Below are positions 22,229-34,750 of a DNA stretch of 64,000 nt, in pieces. The notes beneath the pieces were generated by a model. It was given only the letters and a program-made list of their open reading frames with translations. It had not been told where the DNA came from and did no database searches. Both the position numbers and the translations under genes were made by a program. This DNA comes from Mobula hypostoma. Lineage: Eukaryota. The stretch spans positions 207,020,001-207,084,000 of the forward strand of contig NC_086097.1 in assembly GCF_963921235.1 (NCBI RefSeq), read 5' to 3'. How positions within the stretch are numbered: position 1 is the stretch's first letter; each line of letters starts with the position of its first letter.

Positions 22229-22905
22229 TAGATTTTAGATTATGAGGACATGCAGTCCTCTTTTATTGTCATTTAGTAATGCATACATTAAGAAATGATA
22301 CAATGTTCCTCCAGTATATCACAGAAACACAAGACAAACCAAGACTAAAAAAATTGACAAAAACCACATAATTATAACATAGTTACAACAGTGCAAAGCA
22401 ATACCGTAATCTGATAAAGAACAGACCATGGGCATGGTAAAAAAAAGTCTCAAAATCTCTCGAAAGTCCCATCATCTCATGCAGACAGTAGAAGGAAGAA
22501 AAACTCTCCCTGCCACGAACCTCCAGCGCCACAAACTTGCCGATGCAGCACTCTGGAAGCACCTGACCACAGCCGACTCTTGAGTCCGTCCGAAAACTTC
22601 GAGCCTCTGACCAGCCCTCCGACACCAAGCACCGAGCACCATCTCTGCCAAGCACTTTGACCCTGGCCCCGGCAAGAGACAACAGGCAGAACCGAGGACG
22701 TGGGGCCTTCCCCTCTGGAGATTCTTGATCACACAGTAGCAGTGGCAGCGAAGCAGGCATTTCAGAAGTTTCTCCAGATGTTCCTCCGTGCTTCTCACAT
22801 CTGTCTCCATCAAATCAGGATTGTGCAAGGTACCTACTTAACAAATACTGATTTCATTTTGGAGCGGCCACGCGCGCTGCGTCACACCACCATCTTCTCC
22901 TCCCC
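22229..22905 (-). mobile_element. ~680-bp non-autonomous retroposon, copy 2
   Basis: End-to-end inverted homolog of 1727-2410. Confidence 0.85.
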
Positions 22906-23211
22906 TTAATATTAATGTTTTATTTAAGTGCAATCTTTAGGTAACATTATTGACTGTTGCAAACATTAATTTAGTAAAACATACATAAACTATTTGTCTA
23001 ATATTCATTCACCATGATGACACTAATCCAGGTTTAACTGTTAGATCTAGCACTGTAAAGAACCTAACATATATGAGCAGAATTAGGCCAATTGGCCCAT
23101 CAATTCTACTCCATAATCTACTGCAATTTAGATAGTTAAATAATAAATAGGAACAGACTTGGTCTCAATCATTTTTAATTTCCCTGAAGAACTTTCAGAA
23201 GAGCACTAAAT

Positions 23212-23966
23212 CAGCGGTCCCCAACCACCGGGACGCAAAACGTGCTACCGGGCCGTGAGGAAACGATATGAGTCAGCTGCACCTTTCCTCATTCCCTGTC
23301 ACGCACTGTTGAACTTGAACATAGGGTTGCCAACTGTCCCGTATTTGCTGGGACATCCCGTATATTGGACTAAATTGGCTTGAACCATACGGGACTGCCC
23401 TTGTCCTGTATTTCCCCCGCTAAGGTAGAGTATTCCTGTGAAACCTTTCGTGCCGAAATGGCGTAAAGCAAGAAGCAATTACCATTAATTTATATGGAAA
23501 AAATTTTTGATCGCTCCCAGACCCAAAAAATAACCTACCAACTCATACCAAATAACACATAAAACAGAAAATAACACTAACATATAGTAAAAGCAGGAAT
23601 GATATGATAAATACACAGCCTATATAAAGCAGAAATAATGTATGTACAGTGTAGTCGGGAAGATGAAGGCAAAACCGGGGGAAAAAAATCAGCACGTACG
23701 CGCATGCGCACGTCACGCATGCGCACACAGGCACCTGCACAAGGCTTTATGGTCATGGTAGTCTTTCTGGGGTAAAGTGTCCCGGGACTTGACTGCTACT
23801 TTTGTCCCTTATTTGGGAGTGAGAAAATCAGCAACCCTAACTGTAAAAGACATGTTGAGGTGAGTTTAACCCTACTTGAACACCGCCCACCCCCTGGTCG
23901 GCCGGTCGGCAAGAATATTGTCAATATTAAACCAGTCCACGCTGCAAAAAAGGTTGGGGACCCCTG
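23212..23966. mobile_element. hAT (Charlie-like) MITE
   Basis: 15-bp TIR CAGCGGTCCCCAACC / GGTTGGGGACCCCTG and an exact 8-bp TSD CACTAAAT (23204-23211, 23967-23974). Confidence 0.95.
23322..23874. mobile_element. Nested hAT (TAGGGTTGCCA-terminated, Blackjack-like) MITE
   Basis: Left end TAGGGTTGCCA; right ends CAGCAACCCTA (23829-23839) and TTTAACCCTA (23865-23874); exact 8-bp TSD CTTGAACA (23314-23321, 23875-23882). Confidence 0.88.
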
Positions 23967-24053
23967 CACTAAATGATATTTTATTGTCTGGGATAATATA
24001 CTGTATGTGTACTTACAATATATAGTATGAATATTATTTGTAAACTTTAGTGT

Positions 24054-24811
24054 GCATCAAGTAAGAAATCAATCACTAGAAAATGGCTAAATCCAATACC
24101 ACCTACATTAGAAGATTGGTACGAAATTATCTTGGAAATATTTAAAATGGAAAAGTTGACCTACTCCCTGAGAACTCAAAAAGAAACATTTTATCAAATC
24201 TGGAATAAATGGATTGAATATATAACCCCAATGCGAGCAGACTTTAGATGACTCTCCTAATGATTTATATTGCTCTTCTCATCAACACAGTAATATTGCT
24301 AACGTAAGCACCCCTAGTCTAAATGTTTGTTGTTTTTTTTGGAAAATAGAGAATTAACACAAGTAAAGGGAAAGATTTGGGAAAGGGATAAAAAAAAATG
24401 AAAAAATTAAGTAAATAGGTACATAGGGATTGGATAATTATGTCTGCGGGCAGGAACAAGCACGAACAAATTGGGATATAAACACCTACAATGGTTGGTA
24501 TATAGGCTTGTATGCAACATTTTGGACCTGTGGAAATGGTCCAGAAGGGTTGTATGGAAACTATTATTACCATTTTTCTTAACAACTAATTTCATTACTT
24601 AGCCTAATAGGTTAGATTTACCACAGTACATAATTATCTATTTAAATGTTTATTTTGCTTTTATATCATCTCAATGTGTACTTAAGAATGTATAAATAAT
24701 TGTAGTTTTATACATATAAAAAAATGGAAAAGGTTATATGTGTGAAAAAAGTACATGATAATTGTGAACTCCTTATCCAAATAAAAATAAAATTTAAAAA
24801 AAAAAAGAAAA
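24054..24811 (+). mobile_element. L1-clade 3' end (ORF2 C-terminus, 3' UTR, poly-A)
   Basis: KKSITRKWLNPIPPTLEDW...MEKLTYSLR...FYQIWNKWIEY, stop at 24249-24251, then AATAAA and an A-tail. Confidence 0.85.
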
Positions 24812-25429
24812 GGTGGTGGTTAGATACTTTCTTGAAGCTGAATGCATGAAACCCTTCCATTGAACATAGTGCTGGGGATGGAATTCCAGGATTTTGATTC
24901 AGTGATATTTCCAGATTAGGATGGCATGATTTAAAGAGGAAATCGCTGGTAGTGGTGTTCTCATAACCTCAAGTTTACAGAATTTGTGGGTTTGGAAGAT
25001 GCTGTTCAAGAAGCCATAGAGGAAACAGTTGTTTAAGGTACTGGAAGATGTTCAATATGTTCTTATACCAAATCCGGTGAAGAGCATTCTATTACACTCC
25101 GGATTTGTGCAATTGTTCGGTGACAGGAGGTGTGTCACTCCTGGCAGAGGGACCCGTCTCCAACAAATAGTCACAATATTTATGCAGCTGGTGAAAATTT
25201 ATGTGGTGAAAACTTTGATCAATGGGGCTCTGCTAGACTGTTATTCCACAATGGCAATGTGTTAACTATTGTGTTTAAAGGAGGTAGTCGGATGCTTTCT
25301 TGTTGAAACTGGTTCCTGTGTGGTGCGAATGTTACTTACCATCTATTAGGGCATACAGGACATGTTGTACTCATCTTTTAGTATACAGGCATGGAATGCT
25401 TCATCATCTGATGAACTGTGAATGGATTG

Positions 25430-26090
25430 GTATTGGTTTATTTCTGTCACATGTACTACGAGGCAGTGAAAAGCTTCACTTGCATATTGTTTATAAAGAT
25501 CAAATCATTACACAGTACATTGAGCATTAATTATGTAAAACAATAACAAAGCAGAATTAAGTGCACAAGGCACCGAACAAGTGCAGTGCAGGTAAATGAT
25601 GAAGTGCAAGATTTTAAGGAGGTAGTCTGTGAGCCTAAGAGTCTATTTTATGGTACAGGCGATCCATTCAAAAGTCTGATAACATTGGAAGAGAAGCTGT
25701 CCTTGTGCCAGGTGGTATGTGCTTACAAGCTTTTGTATCTTCTGCCCATGGGATAGGGGAGAAGAGAGAATATCCCAAGTTGGTGTGATTTTTCATTATG
25801 CTGGCTGCCTTACTGAGAAATATAGATGGAGTCCCTAAAGGGAAGGCTGGGTTCCTGTGATATGCTGAGATGTGCCCACAACTCTCTGCAGTTTTTTGCA
25901 GTCACATACAGATCAGATATCATACTAACACATTATGCCTCCAGAAAAAGCATATAGATACAAACTGGTAAGAGTCAAGGCAATATGCAGAATTTCTTTA
26001 ACCCCCTGAGGAAGTAGAGCTCTTGTAGCTGTGATGTAAACATGATTTGACCAGGACAGACTATTGGTGACGTTCACACTCATTGATGTG
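25430..26090 (-). mobile_element. Old Rex1/Babar-type 3' region
   Basis: TTGGTATTGGTTTATT tail and AGAAGCTGTCCTTG..GCTTTTGTATCTTCTGCC, homologous to other Rex copies. Confidence 0.7.
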
Positions 26091-26234
26091 AACACACAAT
26101 TTTTCACTTTTATCTTTCATTGACTCTATTATAGTTATTATTCCATTATGGGTTATTGTGTATGCCCACAAGAAAATGAATCTCTGGGTTGTATATGGTG
26201 ACATACATGTACATTGATAATAGATTTACTTTGT

Positions 26235-29200
26235 GGTGGTGTCAGTCTCCTTTTACAGAAAATGATGGCTAAATCGTGGCATTTCTGTGGGAGTTTGATA
26301 AGGTCAAGGGCTTCCTCTGTCTCCGTGGATGGTCCAGCAGGTGGGTACCCAATCAGCAGTGAACAAGATGAGCAGGCAAAGAGAGGGTTATGAGTAGAGA
26401 GCCAGGGGTAACCCAAGGTGAGAGGAGAGTTGGGTTAGTCAAACGCAAGGAATTGAGTGGACTTACAGCGCTCTCCAATACTCATGTGCACAGACTGAGA
26501 GCACACTTTGACCATCCCAGACATTAAGGCCATGATGCAAAAGAGGTGAGAGATAGCCTCAGCAGGAAGTCCAAACTGCAAACACAGAGCCTGGTCCAGA
26601 AAGTTGTCTGCTGCACTGGAATCCACCAGAGCCTCCCGTGTGCATAGAGTCTTCAGGGTGTGGAAGAGGGCAGAGATAATGAGTCAGGTTATGGTGCTGG
26701 AATGAGAGTTCGGTGGGACCTTACTACGTTTGTAGATAGAAGGACACTAGTCTCTACCTGGTGGCGACATTTTCCGTGATGCAGTGGGCATTTGATTTGT
26801 GGGTGATCAGCAGCTCTGCAGTAGTAAGCACAAGTTGCTTCTCCACTAGGGCTCACATTCTTGGTGGAGGTGGATGTTGTTAAGGGAGCTCTCCCTAAAT
26901 GCATGGGCTCTAGAGGCATTGATGATGAAACTCCTGCAGCCTGAAATTGTTCTTGAAATGCAACTGGGGATCTGGCTGATAATCTGGACGGTCATTCCAT
27001 AAGTCACTTGTCAATTCAGAGGGTTAGAGTGATAAGGCTTTTGAAGTCAGTGAACATCTCCCAGGTAGACAATTCGTCTTTCAATTGCTCCAATTGGTCA
27101 TGATGCTAATGGACCAGCAGCACTTCTGCATTCCAGCTGCTCTCTACTGCAATGTGCTAATGTAACCCCGCTTTTTAAAAAAGCAGGGAGAGAGAAACCG
27201 GGGAATTATAGACCGGTTAGCCTGACATCGGTGGTGGGGAAAATGCTAGAGTCAGTCATCAAAGAAGTGATAACAGCACATTTGGAAAACGGTGAAATCA
27301 TCGGACAAAGTCAGCATGGATTAGTGAAAGGAAAAACATGTCTGACGTATCTCATAGAATTTTTTGAGGATGTAACTAGTAGAGTGGTAGGGGAGAACCA
27401 GTGGATGTGGTATACTTGGATTTTCAAAAGGCTTTTGACAAGGTCCCATACAGGAGATTAGTGTGCAAACGTAAAGCACACGGTATTGGGGGCATGACAT
27501 TGATGTGGATAGAGAATTGGTTGGCATAAAGGAAGCAAAGAGTGGGAATAAACGGGACCTTTTCAGAATGGCAGGCAGTGGCTAGTGGGGTAGTGGGTTA
27601 CCACAAGGTTCAGTGCTGGGACCCCAGTTGTTTACAATATATATTAATGACTTAGACGAGGGAATTAAATGCAGCATCTCCAAGTTTGCGGATGACACGA
27701 AGCTGGGCGGCAGTGTTAGCTGTGAGGAGGATGCTAAGAGGATGCAGGGTGACTTGGATAGGTTAGGTGATTGGGCAAATTCATGGCAGATGCAATTTAA
27801 TGTGGATAGATGTGAGCTTATCCACTTTGGTGGCAAGAACGGGAAAACAGATTATTATCTGAATGGTGGCCGATTAGGAAAAGGGAAAGTGCAACGAGAC
27901 CTGGGTGTCATTGTACACCAGTCATTGAAAGTGGGCATGCAGGTACAGCAAGCGGTGAAAAAGGCGAATGGTATGCTGGCATTCATAGCAAGAGGATTCG
28001 AGTACAGGAGCAGGGAGGTTCTATTACAGTTGTACAAGGCCTTGGTGAGACCATACCTGGAATATTGTGTGCAGTTTTGGTCCCCTAATCTGAGGAAAGA
28101 CATCCTTGCCATAGAGGGAGTACGAAGAAGGTTCACCAGATTGATTCCTGGGATGGCAGGGCTTTCATATGATGAAAGACTGGATCGACTAGACTTATAC
28201 TTGCTGGAATTTAGAAGATTGAGGGGGGATCTTATTGAAACGTATAAAATTCTAAAGGATTGGACAGGCTAGATGCAGGAAAATTGTTCCCGATGTTGGA
28301 GAAGTCCAGAACGAGGGGTCACAGTTTAAGGATAAAGGGGAAGCCTTTTAGGACCGAGATGAAGAAAAACTTCTTCACACAGAGTGGTGAATCTGTGGAA
28401 TTCTCTGCCAGAGGAAACAGTTGAGGCCAGTTCATTGGCTATATTTAAGAGGGAGTTAGATATGGCCGTTGTGGCTAAAGGGATCGGGGGTATGAAGAGA
28501 AGACAGGTACAGGGTTCTGAGTTGGATGATCAGCCATGATCATACTGAATAGCGGTGCAGGCTCGAAGGGCCGGATGGCCTACTCCTGCACCTATTTTCT
28601 ATGTTTCTATGCAAGGATCCCCAATTACAAAGTGTACTCCAGCACTAAGCGTGAGCCTTACCTTCGGCAAAATATCTGATCCGCTCCCCCCCTTTCCACT
28701 TCCCAGGTCGTTGAAAACCCAGATCAGTGGTAAATTCTTCATATTGGTTGCAGATGGGTACTTTATTGTCGCAGTTAGCGTTGTCCCAGGTCAGAGGTTG
28801 CCCAGTCAAGAGAGAAATGATGAAGACGATCTTGCCTCAGTCCATCGCGTATAGAAATGGCTGGAGCTGAAAGTGTAAGACACACTGGAAATTTGCAGCA
28901 TTGGGTTGAGGATACATTGAAGTGCTCAGCCACTGGATTCCAGGGCTCCGAGGGAGGAGGCTGACTGGCACGGCGCTGTTGTATCCGGATGGAGAATTGG
29001 TCGAGAGTGGTGAGCAAACATTTAATGGATTCCTGCTGCTTCTGGATTGTGTGCTCATGTTGACAGGCAACTTCCTTTAGGCGAGCAAACTCCACTAGGA
29101 CAATGGCTGCTTCACTCATCCAGTCAGAAAATGTAGCAGAGGCTTGACCCAAGCACAGAGCAGCAGAGGCGACTTAGCCGTGAGTGAACATTAATAATAA

Positions 29201-29436
29201 ACTGCAAAATAACATGCCACATGGGGCCACAAAACAAGAGAGAGTGCATATTTAATTCAACAAGGTAACTGAAGGCTAGAAGCAACTCATTGAGGCTGGC
29301 TGATTTGTTGGTGAACAAGAACTATGGCTGAGAGCTGGGTTTATATACTGTGCAGGTGATGAGGTGGAAATGAGTGGCAGGTGACTCCTGTTAGCTGTCT
29401 AGAGACTGGGAGGAACCTGTGTGTGCTGACCTGACA
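26235..29436 (-). mobile_element. Gypsy (sushi-like) 5' LTR plus gag-protease remnant, interrupted by CR1
   Basis: LTR at ~29132-29436 (TG..CA); gag QC.LHFQLQP, ISLLTG, GILAVESSWN...LKDEL; CCHC-like CAYYCRAADHPQIKCP; protease LVDSSAADNFLD; LGYPWLSTHNP. Confidence 0.85.
27153..28609 (+). mobile_element. 5'-truncated CR1 LINE
   Basis: RT motifs (LGPQLFTIYINDL, KFADDTK) and a TTTCTATG tail. TGCAA duplication at 27148-27152 and 28610-28614; removing the insert restores the gag frame. Confidence 0.97.
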
Positions 29437-29820
29437 ACCACCCCACCCATCAACATCCTAAACAAAATACAACCCAACACCACACCCAAAATGCCAGAGG
29501 AACTCAGCGGGCCAGGCAGCATCTAGAGAAAGAGTAGCTTCAATGAAAAACGGCACTGCAGCCTGCAGTGGGCTAGTGGCTCAGTGCTGAATGGAATTAT
29601 ACTGACTATACTCCTGGTTTGATATTTGATACTCTATATGTTTCTTGCTCATTTTTTGCTTTTTGCACAATTGTACTTTTCTCGCGTGTTGGATGTTTGT
29701 TTTCTTGAACGGGTTCCATGGTGTTTCGTTGTTTCGTGGCTGCCTGTGGTTGGACGAATCTCAGAGTTGTATTCTGCATATATACTCTGATAAATAATGT
29801 ACTTTGAATCTTTGAATCTT

Positions 29821-30870
29821 TAATGGACTTTGTCAAATGCCTTACTGAAGTCCATGCAGACAACATCCACTGCTTTATCCTAATCAGGATCACCTTCATC
29901 ACCTCCTCAAAAAAACTACATCAAGTAAGATATGATCTGCCCTGTTCAAAGTCATGCTGACTGTCCCAAAACAGAACATGTTTTTTTTTCACAGATACAT
30001 GTATTTGCTATCCCTTTCTCGAGTAATTTCCTACCCCTGGTATGAGGTTAACTGCTCCATTAATTTCCTGAACAATTACTATTTGACTTCTTAAACAAAG
30101 GAAAAATATTGGCTAATTTCCAGCCTTCTGGGATCCTACCTGTTGACAGTGAGGATATAAAGATCTTGGTCAAGGCCCTTTCCATAAGACCATAAGACAA
30201 AGGAGCAGAAGTTGGCCATTCAGCCCATTGAGTCTGCTCCGCCATTTTATCATGAGCTGATCCATTCTCCCATTTAGTCCCACTCCCCTGCCTTCTCACC
30301 ATAACTTTTGATGCCCTGGCTACTCAGATACCTATCAATCTCTGCCTTAAATACACCCACTGACTTGGCCTCCACTGCTGCCCGTGGCAACAAATTCCAT
30401 AGATTCACCACCCTCTGACTAAAAAAAATCTCTTCGCATTTTTGTTCTAAATGGGTGCCCTTCAATCCTTCAATCCCTCTCGTACTAGACTCCCCCATCA
30501 TGGGAAACAACTTTGCCACATCCACTCTGTCTATGCCTTTCAACATTTGAAATGTTTCTATGAGGTCTCCACTCATTCTTCTAAACTCCAAGGAATACAG
30601 TCCAAGAGCGGACAGATGTTCCTCATATGTTAACCCTCTCATTCCCAGAATGGCTTTCTTGGGTCTCTCCTTTGAAATCTACTCTCTTGCCTCTTTCAAA
30701 AACCTGTGATACACCCCACCAGGCCCCAGGAGCTTACCTATATTGATACTCTTCAAAAGACTCAACTTCACTTCCCTTTCGATGCCAGAATACCCGAGCA
30801 CATTGCAATGCCCCACCAAATCTCACTGTCCCCTATGTCTTCTCCTTGATGAATACCACAGCAAAGTACT
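29821..30870 (-). mobile_element. Old CR1 RT fragment with a younger CR1 3' end nested at ~30183-30650
   Basis: [12 protein letters not shown] sequence at 29830-29860; the inner copy has a CCATAAGA tail and LGLYSLEFRR. Confidence 0.85.
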
Positions 30871-30988
30871 CACAATTAAGAAATCAATATGACACTGTAT
30901 AACCAGCAATTGGCAGTTAGTTGGGAGTCATTGTTGCCAATAAAGCAAGCGTTGTTGCTAGCTTTACTTCTGTTGCTTGCCTTTCCAG

Positions 30989-31034
30989 ACAGTTACATGA
31001 AGCCTACAAGCACTGCATGAGCAACAAGAAGTGA
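30989..31034 (+). CDS. Candidate terminal coding exon, unidentified
   Basis: Strong acceptor CTTTACTTCTGTTGCTTGCCTTTCCAG. Frame (R)QLHEAYKHCMSNKK* is phase-compatible with 21587-21683 and is followed by ~1.3 kb without recognisable repeats. Confidence 0.28.
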
Positions 31035-32377
31035 TGTTGTTTATTGTTTGTTGAAGTAACTGAGCCATAATCTGATATAAGGGAAATAGAGAGCAGAAAT
31101 ATTTCACCAGGATGGTATAATGTTTAAGTCTGGCTCATTGGAAAGGTTAAAATATGTAAGTGCACAACTCTTTGTCTTTTAGTAAAGCATGTAAAATTAT
31201 CCATGAGGCAAAACCATATATATGAGATGCAAGATGGATATAAAACAGAGAAACATGGTGATGCCTGGTTTGTGAAGATATTGCTAGAAACAGGAAAAGT
31301 CATTTAATTTACAGACCTTTTTAGATTGAGTGTTGCAGGATTACTTGATGCGTGAACTGGTAGATGAAAAAATTCAGGTAAAGCAATATCATATGGAGAA
31401 CTTAACATGTGAAGGGGACTGCAATTATTGCAGTATGGGAATTATATCTAAGAATATGAAGTAATTTTGGTCAGGGTCCAATTCAGCACTATGTGTTGAC
31501 AAATGAAAAAAGAAGAAGGGGCAATATCCCTTCCTTTGTTCACAGCCCCAGTTGGGAAATTCATCAGTGGAAGTGATGATGGTGGCCTCTGTATAAGCCT
31601 TGCAGATTCTTAAGGAAATGTTATAGACAGCCTGGAAAAAGTTGGAGAAAGGCTACTAGCAAAACTCCAACACAATGAGTGAGGAATTGTATTAGTTCTT
31701 CAAGGCCCATAAAATTGTGTGCAAATGGAGAAACTAGGTCCCCTGAACAGAACTAATATAATGATAAGTTGTATCCACTGCACACCTTGTAAGATTTATT
31801 CTCAGAACTGGCGGGCTCCTGATACTTTGGAAACCTGCACCCACAGTATGACATGAACACGAACTGTTGAAAATGGACTTAGCGTTTTTGGATAACTTAA
31901 CATTTAAAGCACAAACTTTCATGTGAAGTTTCATCAGTTCCAATGTCCTTTCAATTAATGATGGATAAAATACTACAAGGGAATCAGCAGGACTAATCAA
32001 TGAAGATGATATCCTTCTCTCCATAGTAAAAAACAGAATCAATTGGAATTGCTGAGGAAAGTTACAGAAAAGCAATACAGAATTAAAGTAGAATAAGTGA
32101 GCATTTAAATACCCTGATATTGTCTTTTTGGGATTCAGAACCGACAAGAACGTGCAGACACCTATATAACAACTTAGATACAAGCAGTTGGCTTGTACAT
32201 ACCAGGTACTTTGGCATTGCATGAAGATTCAAACAGTTATTGTTACTTTATTGAAATACATTCACAAGTTATTTCACAGAAGAGTCCTGACTGGGTGAAA
32301 TACAGCAAATGCTTATAAGCCATATGGAACAAAGTTTACTACTCCTTGGTCTGTTATGAGGGGTGATAGGGGACCAT

Positions 32378-32705
32378 AAGATTACAAGAGGCATAGGTAG
32401 ACAGTATCTTTTCCCAAGATCAAGATGACCAATATTTGAGGACAATGGAGATAAGTGGGATAAGGATTTTTGCACTGAGGACAATGGGTGCCTGGAATGC
32501 AGTACCTGGGAAGGTGGTGGATGAAAACACAGTGGAGAATTTCAAGAGTCTCTTAGATAGGCACATGAATGTGCAAAGAATAGGAGCTTAGGGACATTGT
32601 GCAGGCAGAAGGGAGTAATTTACTTAGGCATTTGATTATTGCTTTAATTAGTTCAGCACAACATCTTGAGGCAAAAGGTCTGTTCTTGTGCAGCATTATG
32701 GTAGG
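32378..32705 (+). mobile_element. Old CR1 3' end
   Basis: AAGATTACAAGAGGCATAGGTAGACAG, GGTGCCTGGAATGC, TCTTAGATAGGCACATGAA. Confidence 0.8.
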
Positions 32706-33374
32706 TTCTTTGTCCTGTTTTTATGCAGAAACTTATAGGTCCCTCATGATGTTTTCAGGTATGAAGTGTGTGCAGTGGGTATCCAGATAATAGCATTTGG
32801 TCATGAGCTACTGATTAAACTCACATTCTGCAACCTTAACTTAATTGATAAAAATGGTACAGAGGTGATAAAGAGAGCTCTTTCAGGATTGTTCACTAAG
32901 AAAGTTAGTGATCACAGGCCATAAATTGCAGATAATTACAGAAGATCATGATTTATTTCTACATTTGCCTATAGAAGTCTGCATCTGTGTTTTATTACTT
33001 GCCACCTTTGTATGAATAATCCCAAAAGTTTACTTGTTCTTTTTCTTTAATACAATATTGAGTTTCTCAAACAGTGTTGGAAATTGACTCATTAAAGCAA
33101 GGGGAAAATATTCTCTCATGATCCTGATGAGAGTTACAACATATTCCTTTATGATAAAGATTTAAGGTTGTCATTTAAAGCATAAGACCCTTAAAATGAT
33201 TTCAAATTTGAATGTTCATAGTGTTGACATGCTGGAGATTGACCCTGAAAGTTTCAAATTAAAAAATGGACGTGTAAATACACAGCAGATAAGATGACAT
33301 GTATTGAGAAAGAACCCGAGTTATTGATTTACACCAATAATCTTCCATTTGTATTGAAATTTCTATCGATTTGC

Positions 33375-33800
33375 CTACAAAGGCTTTTGCAGTTACTTGG
33401 AAATCGGATTTGTGTTTAAGTATGGATCGTTGGAATAATGAAATCTTTAGCTGTATTCCACTTGAAAAAATTACTTATAATTTAAGGAATAAATATGATA
33501 CATTTTTGAGTATTTGGCACCCTTTTTTTTAACAAAAGATAGGATTGTATATATAAGTGCTCCAATGATAAAGATGTTGGTCCTTTGGGGAAAGAAGCAA
33601 ATACATATAATAAATTTACTTCGAATCCCATGGAGCGTATGGAGACCTTCCAATATCCAGGCAGTCTTTCTTTCTTTTCTGTTTTTTATTCTTTTTTTTT
33701 AGGTAGGGGTATGTTACAGGGGGAAGGGTTAAGGGGAGGGTAGATATTATTCTATGTAATCATGTTTGAAAATTGAATTCTAAAAAGATTTTTAAAAGAA
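33375..33800 (+). mobile_element. L1-clade 3' end
   Basis: AVTWKSD...RWNNEIFSCIPLEKITYNLRNKYDTFLSIWHPF followed by T-rich and G-rich UTR and an A-rich end. Confidence 0.7.
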
Positions 33801-33859
33801 TACAATTTACTGCTATCCTTTAGTTGGACTGAGGATGGATTCGTCATGATATCAAAACT

Positions 33860-34272
33860 TGGAATGTTGTTTCCAGTTCTGTTTGCCTCATTATAGAAGG
33901 ATGTGGAAGCTTTAAAGAGGGTGCAGAGGAGATTTACCAAAGTGTTGCCTAAGCTAAAGGGCATGTCTTAAGATGATAGCTTGAACGAGAAAGGGCTTTT
34001 CTCTTTAGAGCAAAGGAAGATGAGAGGTGACTTGATAGAAGCATACAAGATGATAAGGGACATAAATAGAGTGGATAACCAGAGACCTCTTACCAGGGCA
34101 GAAATGGCCAATATAAGCCTTAAGCTTTTAAGGTGATTGGAGGAAATCATAGGGGGATGTTGGAGGTAACTAATTTGCACAGAGAATGGTGGATGCATGG
34201 AGTGCCCTACCATGGGTAGTGTTACAGACAGATACACGAGGGGCATTTAAGAAACTTTTAGATAGGCACATG
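33860..34272 (+). mobile_element. Old CR1 3' fragment
   Basis: HYRRDVEALKRVQRRFT-like sequence. Confidence 0.85.
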
Positions 34273-34750
34273 TTAAGCAAACATTCATATATATTAAGTG
34301 CCATGATCTGCATACAAGAAACAGCCTACCCTCACGCCTTTCACACCCTTGCAGCAGACTTGCAATCAGGCTTGCTTGAAGAAATCACTGCCCAGTTACC
34401 ATCAGCACATCACCTGCAGCAACAGAGGCCCCAAGACATGCAATCACTGCTGCACTACTTTTAAGGATATCTACTGATCCATCTCGAGACTGCATTTTTG
34501 GAAATCTATTCATCAGGTTTTCCTCATCCTACTTGCATACAGGTAGAGGCGCCAGAGGTATGGACAACAGAGTTTGATCATGGGGAGCAGAGGAGCAGCT
34601 ACAGAACTACTTTGAGTAGGTGGATGGGGCCATGTTCAAGGACTCAGTAGAGGACCTGAATGAATATGCCACAGGACTGTATAAAGACTTTCTTGGATGA
34701 GTGTTGCCTACATAAGCACTCTGAATCTTACCCAGCTGGAAATCCTGGAT

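Noticed and set aside
31734..32222. 162-aa minus-strand ORF and a possible + exon at 32139-32205
   Set aside because: No recognisable motif, AT-rich composition, and the exon phase does not fit the other candidates.
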